From contig NZ_OZ244791.1 of NCBI RefSeq assembly GCF_965219815.1, positions 2,604,491 to 2,668,490 on the forward strand: 64,000 bases of DNA. Reading direction: 5' to 3'. Under the pieces are notes generated by a model. The model saw only the letters and a list, made by a program, of their open reading frames with translations, did no database searches and had not been told where the DNA came from. The stretch comes from Candidatus Poriferisocius sp. Lineage in GTDB: Bacteria; Actinomycetota; Acidimicrobiia; Acidimicrobiales; Bin134. A program made the position numbers and the translations under genes. Shown in pieces: positions 33,779-42,342 of this stretch (the stretch's first letter is position 1; each line of letters starts with the position of its first letter).

Positions 33779-33933
33779 GTTTTGGGAACCTCCGTGAGGT
33801 ACGGGAACTCCAATTAACGGCCGGTGGGGACAGCCAGGTCGCCTCGCCACGGGGATGTCGGCCTCAGAATTCGATATGTCGCCGGATACCTGGCCGGCGT
33901 TAAAAATATTACCTGTCGCTAATACAGAATCAA
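33779..33933 (-). promoter_or_regulatory. nadA promoter candidate plus a structured leader of about 120 nt containing ACAUCCCC
   Basis: On the minus strand there is TTGATT (33933-33928), a 16-nt spacer and TAATAT (33911-33906). The leader starts with the hairpin CGCCGG-ccagguau-CCGGCG. It contains ACAUCCCC (33858-33851) and UGUCCCCA (33832-33825), flanked by GGCCG...CGGCC. GGAGG lies just before the ATG. Confidence 0.35.
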
Positions 33934-33999
33934 ATGGCAAGAGTCGGGGTCTGAAGCGAGGGCAACCGCCCGCCGCCTGGCTCGTAGGATGGGAGGAGC

Positions 34000-35868
34000 A
34001 TGTTGAACCGCCCGCCCCCCGGCACCATTCCCGACGCCGCGGGCTCGTACCAGTTCAAAGACCGCCACGGGCGGCTCATCTACGTGGGCAAGGCGAAGAG
34101 TCTGCGGTCCCGGCTGGGCAGCTACTTCCAGAACCCGGCCTACCTGCCACCCCGCACCGCTCAGATGGTGGCTGAGGCCGAATCGGTGGAGTGGATTCAG
34201 GTGGACACCGAGGTGGAGGCGCTGATGCTGGAGTACAGCCTCATCCAGCAGCATCAGCCCCGGTTCAACGTCCGCTACCGCGACGACAAGAGCTACCCGT
34301 TCTTGTGCGTGACCATGGTGGACGAGTGGCCCCGGGCCATGGTCATCCGGGGCCGCAAGAAGAAGGGCAACCGCTATTTCGGCCCCTACGGCCACGCCTA
34401 CGCCATTCGAGAGACCCTCGACCAGCTATTGCGCACCTTCCCCATCCGCACATGCAGCGACAACAAGTTCAATCACCACGCCCGCCTCGGCCGCCCGTGC
34501 CTGCTGTACCACATCGAGAAGTGCGCCGGACCGTGCGTAGGCGAGGTGGAGCGGGAGCGCTACGACGAGATGGTGGACGACCTGTTGGCCTTTCTGGGCG
34601 GCGACACCGACGAGGTGGTGAAGCGGCTGGAAGACGACATGGCCCAGGCTTCGGCCGCCCTGGAGTTTGAGCAGGCCGCCCGGTGCCGGGATCGGCTGGC
34701 CACCGTGCGCAAGGCCATTGAGGGCCAAGAAATGGTGGGGGGCCGCTCAGAGGACTACGACGTGGTCGGCCTGGTGGACGACGAGCTGGAGGCGGCCTGC
34801 CAGGTATTCTACGTCCGCAAGGGCCGGGTGATGGGCCGCCGGGGCTTCATCGTGGACAAAGCCGGTGATCTGGGCCGCGATGAGTTGGTGAGCCGGGTGC
34901 TGGAGCGACTTTATTTCGAGGAGAACCCGTTGGGCAGCCCCAAACAGGTGCTGGTTCCCGACCTGCCCCACAACCAGGAACTGTACGAGGAGTGGCTGCG
35001 GGAGCAGCGGGGGTCCAAGGTGGCCATCGCCGTGCCCCAGCGGGGGACCAAGCGCAAGCTCCAGGAGACGGTGGCCCGCAACGCGGCCGACGCCTTCGCC
35101 CGCCACCGGCTCAAGCGCAGCACCGACCACAACAGCCGGGCCCGGGCCCTCAACGACCTCCAGGAATGCCTGAGCCTGCCCGAGGCCCCTCTGCGGATCG
35201 AGTGCTACGACATGAGCCATCTTCAGGGGTCCGATTACGTGGGCTCGATGGTGGTGATGGAAGACGGGCTGCCCCGCAAGTCGGAATACCGCCGGTTCAA
35301 GGTGCGAACCGTGGGGGGCAACGACGACTACGCCGCCATGGAAGAGGTGCTCACCCGGCGGCTCACCAACTACCTGGACGAGCGCGATCGCCCGGTGGAG
35401 GAGAAGGGCAAGTTCGCCTACCCGCCGCAACTCCTGGTGGTGGACGGCGGCAAGGGGCAGCTCGGCGTGGCCGAGCGGGTGCTGGCCGAACTGGGCCTGG
35501 ACGGGGAGATCTTCCCCGCGGGGCTGGCCAAGGAGTTCGAGCAGGTGTTCGTGCCGGGCCGGGCCGCTCCGGTGGAGATCCCGAGGCCTTCGGAGAGCCT
35601 GTACCTGCTCCAGCGCATCCGGGACGAGAGCCACCGCTTCGCCAACGACTACCACCGCCAGCTCCGGGGCAAGCGGATGACCCGATCCTCGCTGGACGGC
35701 ATCGCCGGCCTCGGCCCCACCCGCCGAGCCCGGCTGGTCAAGGAGATGGGCGGGGTGCGGGCGGTGGAGCGGGCCTCGCTCGACGACCTGCTGGCCCTGA
35801 GCTGGCTCCCTGATGCGGTGGCCCATTCGATCTACGAGAAGCTCCACGGCCCACGAGCGGATCGGTAG
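34000..35868 (+). CDS. uvrC: Excinuclease ABC subunit C
   Basis: ORF track, 622 aa. It has a GIY-YIG N-terminus (GSYQFKDRHGRLIYVGKAKSLRSR, YEN-like region), a UVR domain (LEFEQAARCRDRL), an RNase-H-like endonuclease domain and a C-terminal (HhH)2 domain. Confidence 0.96.
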   Translation: MLNRPPPGTIPDAAGSYQFKDRHGRLIYVGKAKSLRSRLGSYFQNPAYLPPRTAQMVAEAESVEWIQVDTEVEALMLEYSLIQQHQPRFNVRYRDDKSYPFLCVTMVDEWPRAMVIRGRKKKGNRYFGPYGHAYAIRETLDQLLRTFPIRTCSDNKFNHHARLGRPCLLYHIEKCAGPCVGEVERERYDEMVDDLLAFLGGDTDEVVKRLEDDMAQASAALEFEQAARCRDRLATVRKAIEGQEMVGGRSEDYDVVGLVDDELEAACQVFYVRKGRVMGRRGFIVDKAGDLGRDELVSRVLERLYFEENPLGSPKQVLVPDLPHNQELYEEWLREQRGSKVAIAVPQRGTKRKLQETVARNAADAFARHRLKRSTDHNSRARALNDLQECLSLPEAPLRIECYDMSHLQGSDYVGSMVVMEDGLPRKSEYRRFKVRTVGGNDDYAAMEEVLTRRLTNYLDERDRPVEEKGKFAYPPQLLVVDGGKGQLGVAERVLAELGLDGEIFPAGLAKEFEQVFVPGRAAPVEIPRPSESLYLLQRIRDESHRFANDYHRQLRGKRMTRSSLDGIAGLGPTRRARLVKEMGGVRAVERASLDDLLALSWLPDAVAHSIYEKLHGPRADR

Positions 35869-35877
35869 CCTGAGGTC

Positions 35878-36750
35878 GTGGCCGAGTTCGTGGTGATCAC
35901 CGGGATGTCGGGAGCGGGCCGGTCGCAGGCCGCCAACCATTTTGAAGACCTGGGCTGGTACGTGGTCGACAACCTGCCCCCCGCACTGGTGCCCAAGGTC
36001 CAGGAGTTTGCCGATGCCCCCGACAGCGGCATCTCCCGAGTGGGCCTGGTGCTGGGGCTGAACCTCTACTACGAGGATGTTGCCCCCGCACTGGTCGAGC
36101 TCAAGGAATCAGCTCAAGGGTCGGTGCGCATACTCTTCCTCGACGCCTCCACCCCGGAGCTGGTGAAGAGATTTGAGAGCACCAAGCGCCGGCATCCGTT
36201 CTCCAGCGTCCCGCCGATGGGTGTGTCCGACGCCATCGAGGCCGAGCGGGAGTCTCTGGTCAACTTGCGCAGCCAGGCCGACGTGGTGGTGGACACCTCC
36301 GAATACAGCATCTACCAGCTCAACCACTTCATCGACGAGGTGTTCGAGCTGGACGCCGGACCGGAATCGATGACCACCCGGATTATGTCTTTCGGCTTCA
36401 AGCACGGCATCCCGCTCGACGCCGACCTGGTGTTGGACTGCCGTTTCCTGCCCAATCCCCACTGGGTGGAGGAGCTTCGCCCGCTCACCGGTCAAGACGA
36501 GGCGGTGAGAGACTTCCTGCTCAACGGCCAGCCCATGGCTGAGACCTTCCTGCAAAAGACCGAGGACCTGTTGACAATGTTGGTACCCGCCTATGTGCGG
36601 GAGGGCAAGTCGTATCTCACAATCGCCTTCGGCTGCACCGGGGGCCACCACCGCTCAGTATTTGTGGCCGAAGACATCAGCCGCCGACTCATCGAGAGCA
36701 CAGATCTCGGCGTCCGCCCCCTCGTCGTCCACCGAGACATCGACAAATAG
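35878..36750 (+). CDS. rapZ: RNase adapter protein RapZ (YvcJ-type P-loop NTPase)
   Basis: ORF track (GTG start), 290 aa. Motifs seen are VVITGMSGAGRS, VDNLPP, FGFKHGIPLDADLVLDCRFLPNPHW and AFGCTGGHHRSV. Confidence 0.93.
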   Translation: MAEFVVITGMSGAGRSQAANHFEDLGWYVVDNLPPALVPKVQEFADAPDSGISRVGLVLGLNLYYEDVAPALVELKESAQGSVRILFLDASTPELVKRFESTKRRHPFSSVPPMGVSDAIEAERESLVNLRSQADVVVDTSEYSIYQLNHFIDEVFELDAGPESMTTRIMSFGFKHGIPLDADLVLDCRFLPNPHWVEELRPLTGQDEAVRDFLLNGQPMAETFLQKTEDLLTMLVPAYVREGKSYLTIAFGCTGGHHRSVFVAEDISRRLIESTDLGVRPLVVHRDIDK

Positions 36751-36774
36751 CCCGGAGAGGCAGCAGCACCGGGT

Positions 36775-37785
36775 TCAGGTGGCGTCCCCGTTCCCATATT
36801 TCGCCACCATTGCTTCACTGGCGTCCCACAGCCTGGCCCCGTTGTCGGGGTCGGCGGCGCTGTCTGAAACCGCCTTGCGATTCATCAGGTGGAGGTACAT
36901 CCCGGTGGATGCTCCTGCTTCTGGTGCACAGCAGAGATAGACGATGGGTGCCATGGCCTTCTCGGGGGACCGGAAGAACAGCCGCAGCGCCGGGTTGACG
37001 ATCGGCTTCAGCAGCGCGGGCGCGTCTCGGGCGATCTTGGTGGACACGCCTCCAGGGCACAGCGCGTGCACGGCCACCTCAGGGTTCTCGTGCGGGTTCA
37101 GGCGGCGCGACAGCTCGGTGGCATAGGTGCTCAACACCAGCTTGCTGAGCCCGTAGTGCCGCATGCTCTCCTTGATCCCGTATTCGGCGTATTCGCCTAA
37201 GTCTTCGAATTCGATTGCCTCATAAGACCGGTGCGATTCCGACGAGACGAACACGATTCTCGGTAGCTCTTCGCCAGGGCCCGCGGGGCGGATGACGCCG
37301 TCCTTCAGCCACCGGTCGATCATCACCCGCTTGGACAGGAAGTGAACGGCGAACATGGTGTCGTACCCCTGTGGGGTCTCCCTCGCAGTGGGAGTCATCA
37401 AGCCGGCGTTCATGAGAGCGATGTCGATCCGGGCGCCCCTCCGTTGGAGCTCATCGCAACAGTGATGCACCGAGCGGACATCGGCCAGGTCCACCTCCAC
37501 CATCTCCACGGTCTCCGAACCCGACGCCTCTTTGATCTCATCGCAGGTCTCGTTGTGGCCGGGGCGGCAGGCCAAGATCATGTTTCCGCCCCGCCGAGCC
37601 AGCTCGATGGCCGCCGCCCGCCCCAACCCGCTGTTCGCCCCGGTCACCAAACACGTCTTGCCATCGATCCGCACGTCGTCGGGAACCGGTTCGACATCGG
37701 GGGTTCTCAGATTGCGGAAGTCGCGAACCGCCCCGGTGATCGCGTTGACCACGGTGCGCTTCTTTGGTGCTTGGCTCATGGCCAA
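36775..37785 (-). CDS. Short-chain dehydrogenase/reductase (retinol-dehydrogenase-like SDR)
   Basis: ORF track, 336 aa. Motifs seen are KTCLVTGANSGLGRAAA, NAGLM and a YGLSKL catalytic Tyr-x3-Lys. Confidence 0.85.
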   Translation of the reverse strand: MAMSQAPKKRTVVNAITGAVRDFRNLRTPDVEPVPDDVRIDGKTCLVTGANSGLGRAAAIELARRGGNMILACRPGHNETCDEIKEASGSETVEMVEVDLADVRSVHHCCDELQRRGARIDIALMNAGLMTPTARETPQGYDTMFAVHFLSKRVMIDRWLKDGVIRPAGPGEELPRIVFVSSESHRSYEAIEFEDLGEYAEYGIKESMRHYGLSKLVLSTYATELSRRLNPHENPEVAVHALCPGGVSTKIARDAPALLKPIVNPALRLFFRSPEKAMAPIVYLCCAPEAGASTGMYLHLMNRKAVSDSAADPDNGARLWDASEAMVAKYGNGDAT

Positions 37786-37835
37786 CGGTACATCGTTGCT
37801 CGATGGCCGCTTCGCGCTGGTTGAGCCTGGCTTGG

Positions 37836-37863
37836 CCTATTCGAATGGACCTATTCGAATGGA
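37836..37863. repeat. Perfect 14-nt tandem duplication (CCTATTCGAATGGA x2), each copy containing the 8-bp palindrome ATTCGAAT
   Basis: Read directly at 37836-37849 and 37850-37863. The second copy contains the sulfotransferase stop codon (complement of 37851-37853) and its last codons. The first copy lies in the 65-nt gap before the SDR gene. Confidence 0.9.
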
Positions 37864-39092
37864 ATCGCATACGCCTCTCGGTACGCTGCGAAAGTCTCGT
37901 CCATGACCGGCTCGCTCAGTCCGAAGTGCTCAAGTTGGTAGTGGTGCTTTCCGAAGCGGTTCTGGGGGTTCGCGGCCACGTACTGCTCGGCCAGCGCCCT
38001 GGCTTCGTCGTTGAAGTCGATTCCCGCCACCTCGTAGATCCGTTGGAGCTGGGCAATTGGGTCGCGCACTAAGTCGTAGTAGGAGACATCCACGAATCGC
38101 TCGCTTGGCGCCTCGGCTCGGGTTGTCATGGCCCACTCAACCATCCGGTGCGTCTTATGGCACCAGTGCCGCCCGATTTCGATGGGGTCCACCTCATCGC
38201 TGAACATGCCCCGGCCGTGGGCCACCATGCTGCAAAAGGAGGTGACTGCGATGCGGGGATCGCGGTGGGTCTGCACCACGGTGGCACCGTCGAACACCTT
38301 GAGGAAGACGTCCAGGTACTCCAGGTGGTGCGGGGTCTTGAGCACCCAGGCGCGGGCCGGTCGCGGCCAGGTAAGCACCTTCAGGACCCGGCGGAAGTAC
38401 TGGTAGGTCGCCGTATGGTCTTGTTCTGCCAGCCAGTGGGAATAGCTCGGCACGTGCAAGATGGCCTCGGCCGACTGGCTCATGAAATTGAGATCGAGGA
38501 GCAGCACGTCTTCTTCGGGCTGCTCGCGGTCGATGGGATGGACCGCCATGAAGTCAGGGGCTAGGTAGGAAATGGTCCGCTCGGCCAGCACCGCCCTCCT
38601 CTTGCGAGACCGCTCGGCGCGTTCGGCGGTCTCAGCCGCCGTCACTGGCAACAGCGCTTCATTGCCGGAGATGCCGCGGATTTCCAGGTTGGAATACAGC
38701 AGGCGGTGCAGCAACGTTGTGCCGGTGCGCTGCAACCCGGTGATCATGACGACGGTGCCGAGGTCGGTGTCGTCTATCTCAGGGTGCCGCTTGAGCAGGT
38801 CCTGGATACGCAAGCGCTGAACCAGTGCGCTGGCCAGCCTCGATTTCTGAACAATCAGACCGGTTGGAGTAAGTCGAGCTTCGTCGTTGATCGAATCCAC
38901 GAGCACTTGCAACGCCTCCAAGTGCCCATCGTCGCCGAAGTCGGAGAGCCCGGTTTTGCGCCTTGCGTGCTTGATGAGCTTGTTGACCTCTAGGCGGTCT
39001 GGGAGTCCAAGGCGCTGGCCGGCGCGGCCGAGCCGGTTGACGGCTCGGATCGGGATCGGCCGATAGGGGTTCTGGTAGTCCGTGGAAGTCAA
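37851..39092 (-). CDS. Sulfotransferase family protein
   Basis: ORF track, 413 aa. The PAPS 5'-phosphosulfate-binding loop is like ITGLQRTGTTLLHRLL, and a later RDPRIAVTSFCSM region resembles the 3'-phosphate-binding motif. Confidence 0.75.
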   Translation of the reverse strand: MTSTDYQNPYRPIPIRAVNRLGRAGQRLGLPDRLEVNKLIKHARRKTGLSDFGDDGHLEALQVLVDSINDEARLTPTGLIVQKSRLASALVQRLRIQDLLKRHPEIDDTDLGTVVMITGLQRTGTTLLHRLLYSNLEIRGISGNEALLPVTAAETAERAERSRKRRAVLAERTISYLAPDFMAVHPIDREQPEEDVLLLDLNFMSQSAEAILHVPSYSHWLAEQDHTATYQYFRRVLKVLTWPRPARAWVLKTPHHLEYLDVFLKVFDGATVVQTHRDPRIAVTSFCSMVAHGRGMFSDEVDPIEIGRHWCHKTHRMVEWAMTTRAEAPSERFVDVSYYDLVRDPIAQLQRIYEVAGIDFNDEARALAEQYVAANPQNRFGKHHYQLEHFGLSEPVMDETFAAYREAYAIPFE

Positions 39093-39096
39093 GCCG

Positions 39097-40218
39097 CTAG
39101 TCCCGCAGGCTGCTCAACGGCACCACCCGGCACTGCGGCTGGGGAGTCTCGGCGGCCCGCACCCATCGGAACGACATGGTACCGAGCGAGTGGCCTGCGG
39201 TTTCGATCCAATTGGGCAGGCCGGGATCCTCATGGGCCACGATCAGGCGCACCGACCCATCGGCTTCGTAGTGGGCCAGATGGCTGTTGGTGTGGATCGT
39301 GAAGTGGCGATAGTCCAGCGATTCCATCCAGTAGTTGCTGAGCTGGAAGTTCCAATACTCGCACTCCGGGGGAGTGGCCTCAATCACTAGGGCCTCGTCG
39401 GGCCCCAGCGCCCAGTGGCTGTGGTAGTAGGTGATGTTGGGATCGCCGCCGGCGTTCAGCGACACGTCCGGGTCGAACTGGGGAAGCTGGTTGCTGTGCT
39501 TAGAGAAATCACGGGCCCACTTGGTGAAAAGCAGCGGCGCGCCCATCACCAGCGCCCCCACATTCTTCAACCCGTCATCCAAAGCCTTTGGCGTGAGGTG
39601 AGAGGGTTGGCGCTCTTCGGGGGCGCAGTTGATGCGCTCGATGGCCAGCTCGGCGGGGATCTCCGTATTGCGGTCGGCAAAGGTCTGGCGCACCACCAGC
39701 GTGCCGGTCTCGGGCGTCATCGGCAGCCAGTTCCCCTGCTGTGGGGTGCTGCTCAGGATCAGCTCGAAGCGCCCGTCGGCGTCCATCTCGATCTGATCGG
39801 CTTCGATGTGCCCTGTTGGGGGCAGGCCGCCGCCCTGGCCGTAGTTGCCCGATTGGGTTCCGATGCTCAGGTAGGCGATGTTGTTGCGCCGCCCGGTGAT
39901 CTTGTAGTCGTAACTGCCGTCCAACGCCGCGGTGTAGTAGTAGTTGTCGGGGTTGTCGGCGCCCAGCTTGGTGGTCTCGTTGGCCACGCGGTGCATCACG
40001 GGGGCTTTGGGGTCGGCGTGCTCGATGAACGCCATCAGCCCGGCCCGGGCGAGCCGGCTCAGGTGCCGGTAGCCCTCCGCCTGGCTGAACGGATCACGCG
40101 GCGCGCCGGGGAAGTTCATCGCCGCCCCCGCTGCCTTCAAGGAATCGCAGAACTCCTCCCACGCCTTGCCGCTCACCACCCGTTGTTCGGCCACATCGTC
40201 GAGCGTCTTGCCCCGCAT
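39097..40218 (-). CDS. DUF1214-like protein (paralog of 6264..7367)
   Basis: Track ORF 39097..40281. The start is placed at the ATG at 40218 (MRGKTLDDVAEQ) by alignment to the paralog. Shared blocks are EGYRHLSRLARAGL / EGFRYLSRLTRGGL, YWNFQLSNYWMESLDY and AHEDPGLPNWIETAGH. It ends 4 nt before the sulfotransferase start. Confidence 0.65.
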   Translation of the reverse strand: MRGKTLDDVAEQRVVSGKAWEEFCDSLKAAGAAMNFPGAPRDPFSQAEGYRHLSRLARAGLMAFIEHADPKAPVMHRVANETTKLGADNPDNYYYTAALDGSYDYKITGRRNNIAYLSIGTQSGNYGQGGGLPPTGHIEADQIEMDADGRFELILSSTPQQGNWLPMTPETGTLVVRQTFADRNTEIPAELAIERINCAPEERQPSHLTPKALDDGLKNVGALVMGAPLLFTKWARDFSKHSNQLPQFDPDVSLNAGGDPNITYYHSHWALGPDEALVIEATPPECEYWNFQLSNYWMESLDYRHFTIHTNSHLAHYEADGSVRLIVAHEDPGLPNWIETAGHSLGTMSFRWVRAAETPQPQCRVVPLSSLRD

Positions 40219-40286
40219 CTTCCGAATGAGAAGGGAGACCCGTCGAAACGCACCGAGCAGTCGAATGGCAAGCCGTCGCATGGCGA

Positions 40287-41351
40287 TTGTCTAGCGACGG
40301 ACATGGCCCAGCGGCAACATGGGTCCGGCACACCGCGGTGTCGTTGAACCATGATGGTCCGGTGAGATTCGGCCTGCTCCTGACCTCGGTTCATGGCCGG
40401 TCGGTGCCCGCGCCTCAGCAGATTGCCGAGCACCACGAGTTGATATCAGTGGCCGTGGATCATGGGTTCGACCTGGTGGTGGCGGGACAGCACTTCGCGG
40501 CCCCGACGCTGCGCTACCTCCAGCCCATCCCGTATCTGACCTCGGTGGCCATGCAATTCCCGACGGTCAGCGTCGCCACCGGCATCCTGCTGCTGCCCCT
40601 GCACCATCCCCTCACCATCGCCGAGGAGATGGCCACCATGGACGCGGTCACCGGCGGGCGGGCGATCATGGGCGTGGGCATCGGCTACAGCCAGGAAGAG
40701 TTCGACGCCTTCGGCATCGACCGCACTACCCGAACCAAGCGGTTCGAGGAGGCGGTGGAGATCATCCGAGCCCTATGGACCGGCCAGCCTGTGACCGACC
40801 AGGGCCGGTTCTTCCGGCTCGACAGCGTGGAGGTGTCCACGCTGCCGGTCCAGCAGCCTCATCCCCCGATCTGGGTCGGGGCCCAGGTGGAGGCATCGGT
40901 TCGGCGGGCCGCCCGGGTGGGCGACGCCTGGTACGCCGCGCCGTTCCCCACCCACCGAGAGCTCATCGACCTCTACCAGGCCTATCTGGATGAGCGAACG
41001 GCTCACGGCAACCGGGCGCGGGCCGCCATCCCCGTGCGTCGGGAGGTCTACATCGCCGACAGCCCTGCTGAGGCCGAAGCGGCGGTGGCCGCGGGGGCGT
41101 CGTCGCGCTATGGCACGTATCGCTCTTGGGGGCTTGACGTGGACGACGGCATCGGCAAAAGCGATTGGCTGGAGAACCGCTTCGTGCTCGGCAGCCCATC
41201 CGATGTGGCAGAGGGGCTCTCTCAGCTCATGGACCAGGTGGAGCACTCCCACTTCGTCTACAAGCCGCAATGGCCCGGATACGACCATGCCCACGCCCTC
41301 GCCCAGCTCGAGCGGTTCGGCTCCGAGGTGATCCCGCTATTGTCCGGCTGA
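40287..41351 (+). CDS. Luciferase-like monooxygenase (LLM-class flavin-dependent oxidoreductase)
   Basis: ORF track. The in-frame GTG at 40362 (VRFGLLLTS) is a likely alternative start. It has a typical LLM TIM-barrel pattern (GFDLVVAGQHF, LPLHHPLTIAEEMATMDAVTGGRAIMGVGIGYSQEEFDAFG). Confidence 0.85.
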   Translation: MSSDGHGPAATWVRHTAVSLNHDGPVRFGLLLTSVHGRSVPAPQQIAEHHELISVAVDHGFDLVVAGQHFAAPTLRYLQPIPYLTSVAMQFPTVSVATGILLLPLHHPLTIAEEMATMDAVTGGRAIMGVGIGYSQEEFDAFGIDRTTRTKRFEEAVEIIRALWTGQPVTDQGRFFRLDSVEVSTLPVQQPHPPIWVGAQVEASVRRAARVGDAWYAAPFPTHRELIDLYQAYLDERTAHGNRARAAIPVRREVYIADSPAEAEAAVAAGASSRYGTYRSWGLDVDDGIGKSDWLENRFVLGSPSDVAEGLSQLMDQVEHSHFVYKPQWPGYDHAHALAQLERFGSEVIPLLSG

Positions 41352-41400
41352 CATCGAGAGCCCCTACCACCGAAAGCCCCAACTACCGAAAGCAGAGCCC

Positions 41401-42336
41401 ATGGGATCGGACAACACTCCCTACCGCGGTCCAAAGATCGGTCTCTGCTTGCCCTACGAGGGCCCAGCCACAGCCCAGGACATCGTCGATGTGGCGCAAG
41501 CGGCGGAGTCGGCCGGTTTGGACTCGGTGTGGGTGGGCGACCACATCGCCTTTCCGGTGGAGTTCGCCTCGCAGAACCCGACGATGGCCGACGGGAAGTA
41601 CCCCTATCCCACCGACAACCCCCGCCTTGAGGCTCTGACCACCTTGGCCTTTGTGGCCGGGGCGACGTCCTCCATCAGGCTGGCGGTGAATGCCTGCGTG
41701 CTTCCCCAGCGCAATCCAGTGGTCGTCGGCAAGGCCGTGGCCACGCTCGACTACCTGTCGGGGGGAAGGGTGATCTTCGGGGTGACCCTCGGGTGGCTCC
41801 GCGAGGAGTTCGACGCTCTCGGTGCTGACTATGGCCGTCGTCGGCAGTTGCTGGAGGACGGGATCGAGATCCTGCGGGCGCTGTGGGAGCAGGACCAGCC
41901 CTCCTATGACGGGGAGACCCACTCGTTTTTACCCCTGAACATGAAGCCCAAGCCGGTGCAGTCGCCGGTGCCGATTCTTGTGGGCGGCCACTCCCGGCCG
42001 GCGCTCCGCCGGGCCGCCGCGGTAGGGGACGGTTGGCTGGCGGCGCGGATGACCCCGGACGACTTGCGGGAACACGTGGGCTTTCTACGAGAGGAGCGAA
42101 AGCGGTCGCCGCGGGCCGATCAGCCCTTCACCGTGGCCACCAACTGCCCGGCCGCAGTGGGAAGCGGCCCGGCCGGAGTGCTCGATCTTGCCGATAGCGA
42201 CGCCACCCAAAGCATGCTGGCAGCGCTGGGGGAGGCCGGGGCCGATGTGGTCAACATGGTCGTGGTCTCCTATGACCCCGCCGAGACCCGAGATGCGGCC
42301 CACGCCCTGGGCCAGCACTCCCACTCAGCCCAATAG
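41401..42336 (+). CDS. LLM-class oxidoreductase (possibly F420-dependent)
   Basis: ORF track, 311 aa. Motifs seen are AESAGLDSVWVGDHIAF, LPQRNPVVVGKAVATLDYLSGGRVIFGVTLGWLREEFDALG and ILVGGHS. The cofactor cannot be decided from sequence by eye. Confidence 0.75.
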   Translation: MGSDNTPYRGPKIGLCLPYEGPATAQDIVDVAQAAESAGLDSVWVGDHIAFPVEFASQNPTMADGKYPYPTDNPRLEALTTLAFVAGATSSIRLAVNACVLPQRNPVVVGKAVATLDYLSGGRVIFGVTLGWLREEFDALGADYGRRRQLLEDGIEILRALWEQDQPSYDGETHSFLPLNMKPKPVQSPVPILVGGHSRPALRRAAAVGDGWLAARMTPDDLREHVGFLREERKRSPRADQPFTVATNCPAAVGSGPAGVLDLADSDATQSMLAALGEAGADVVNMVVVSYDPAETRDAAHALGQHSHSAQ

Positions 42337-42342
42337 GGGCAC

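Noticed and set aside
33779-33940. The N-terminal 54-aa extension of the nadA ORF (track 32684..33940).
   Set aside because: NadA similarity begins at MLRVQRPLPE. GGAGG precedes the ATG at 33778, and the extension would run through the AT-rich promoter-like segment.
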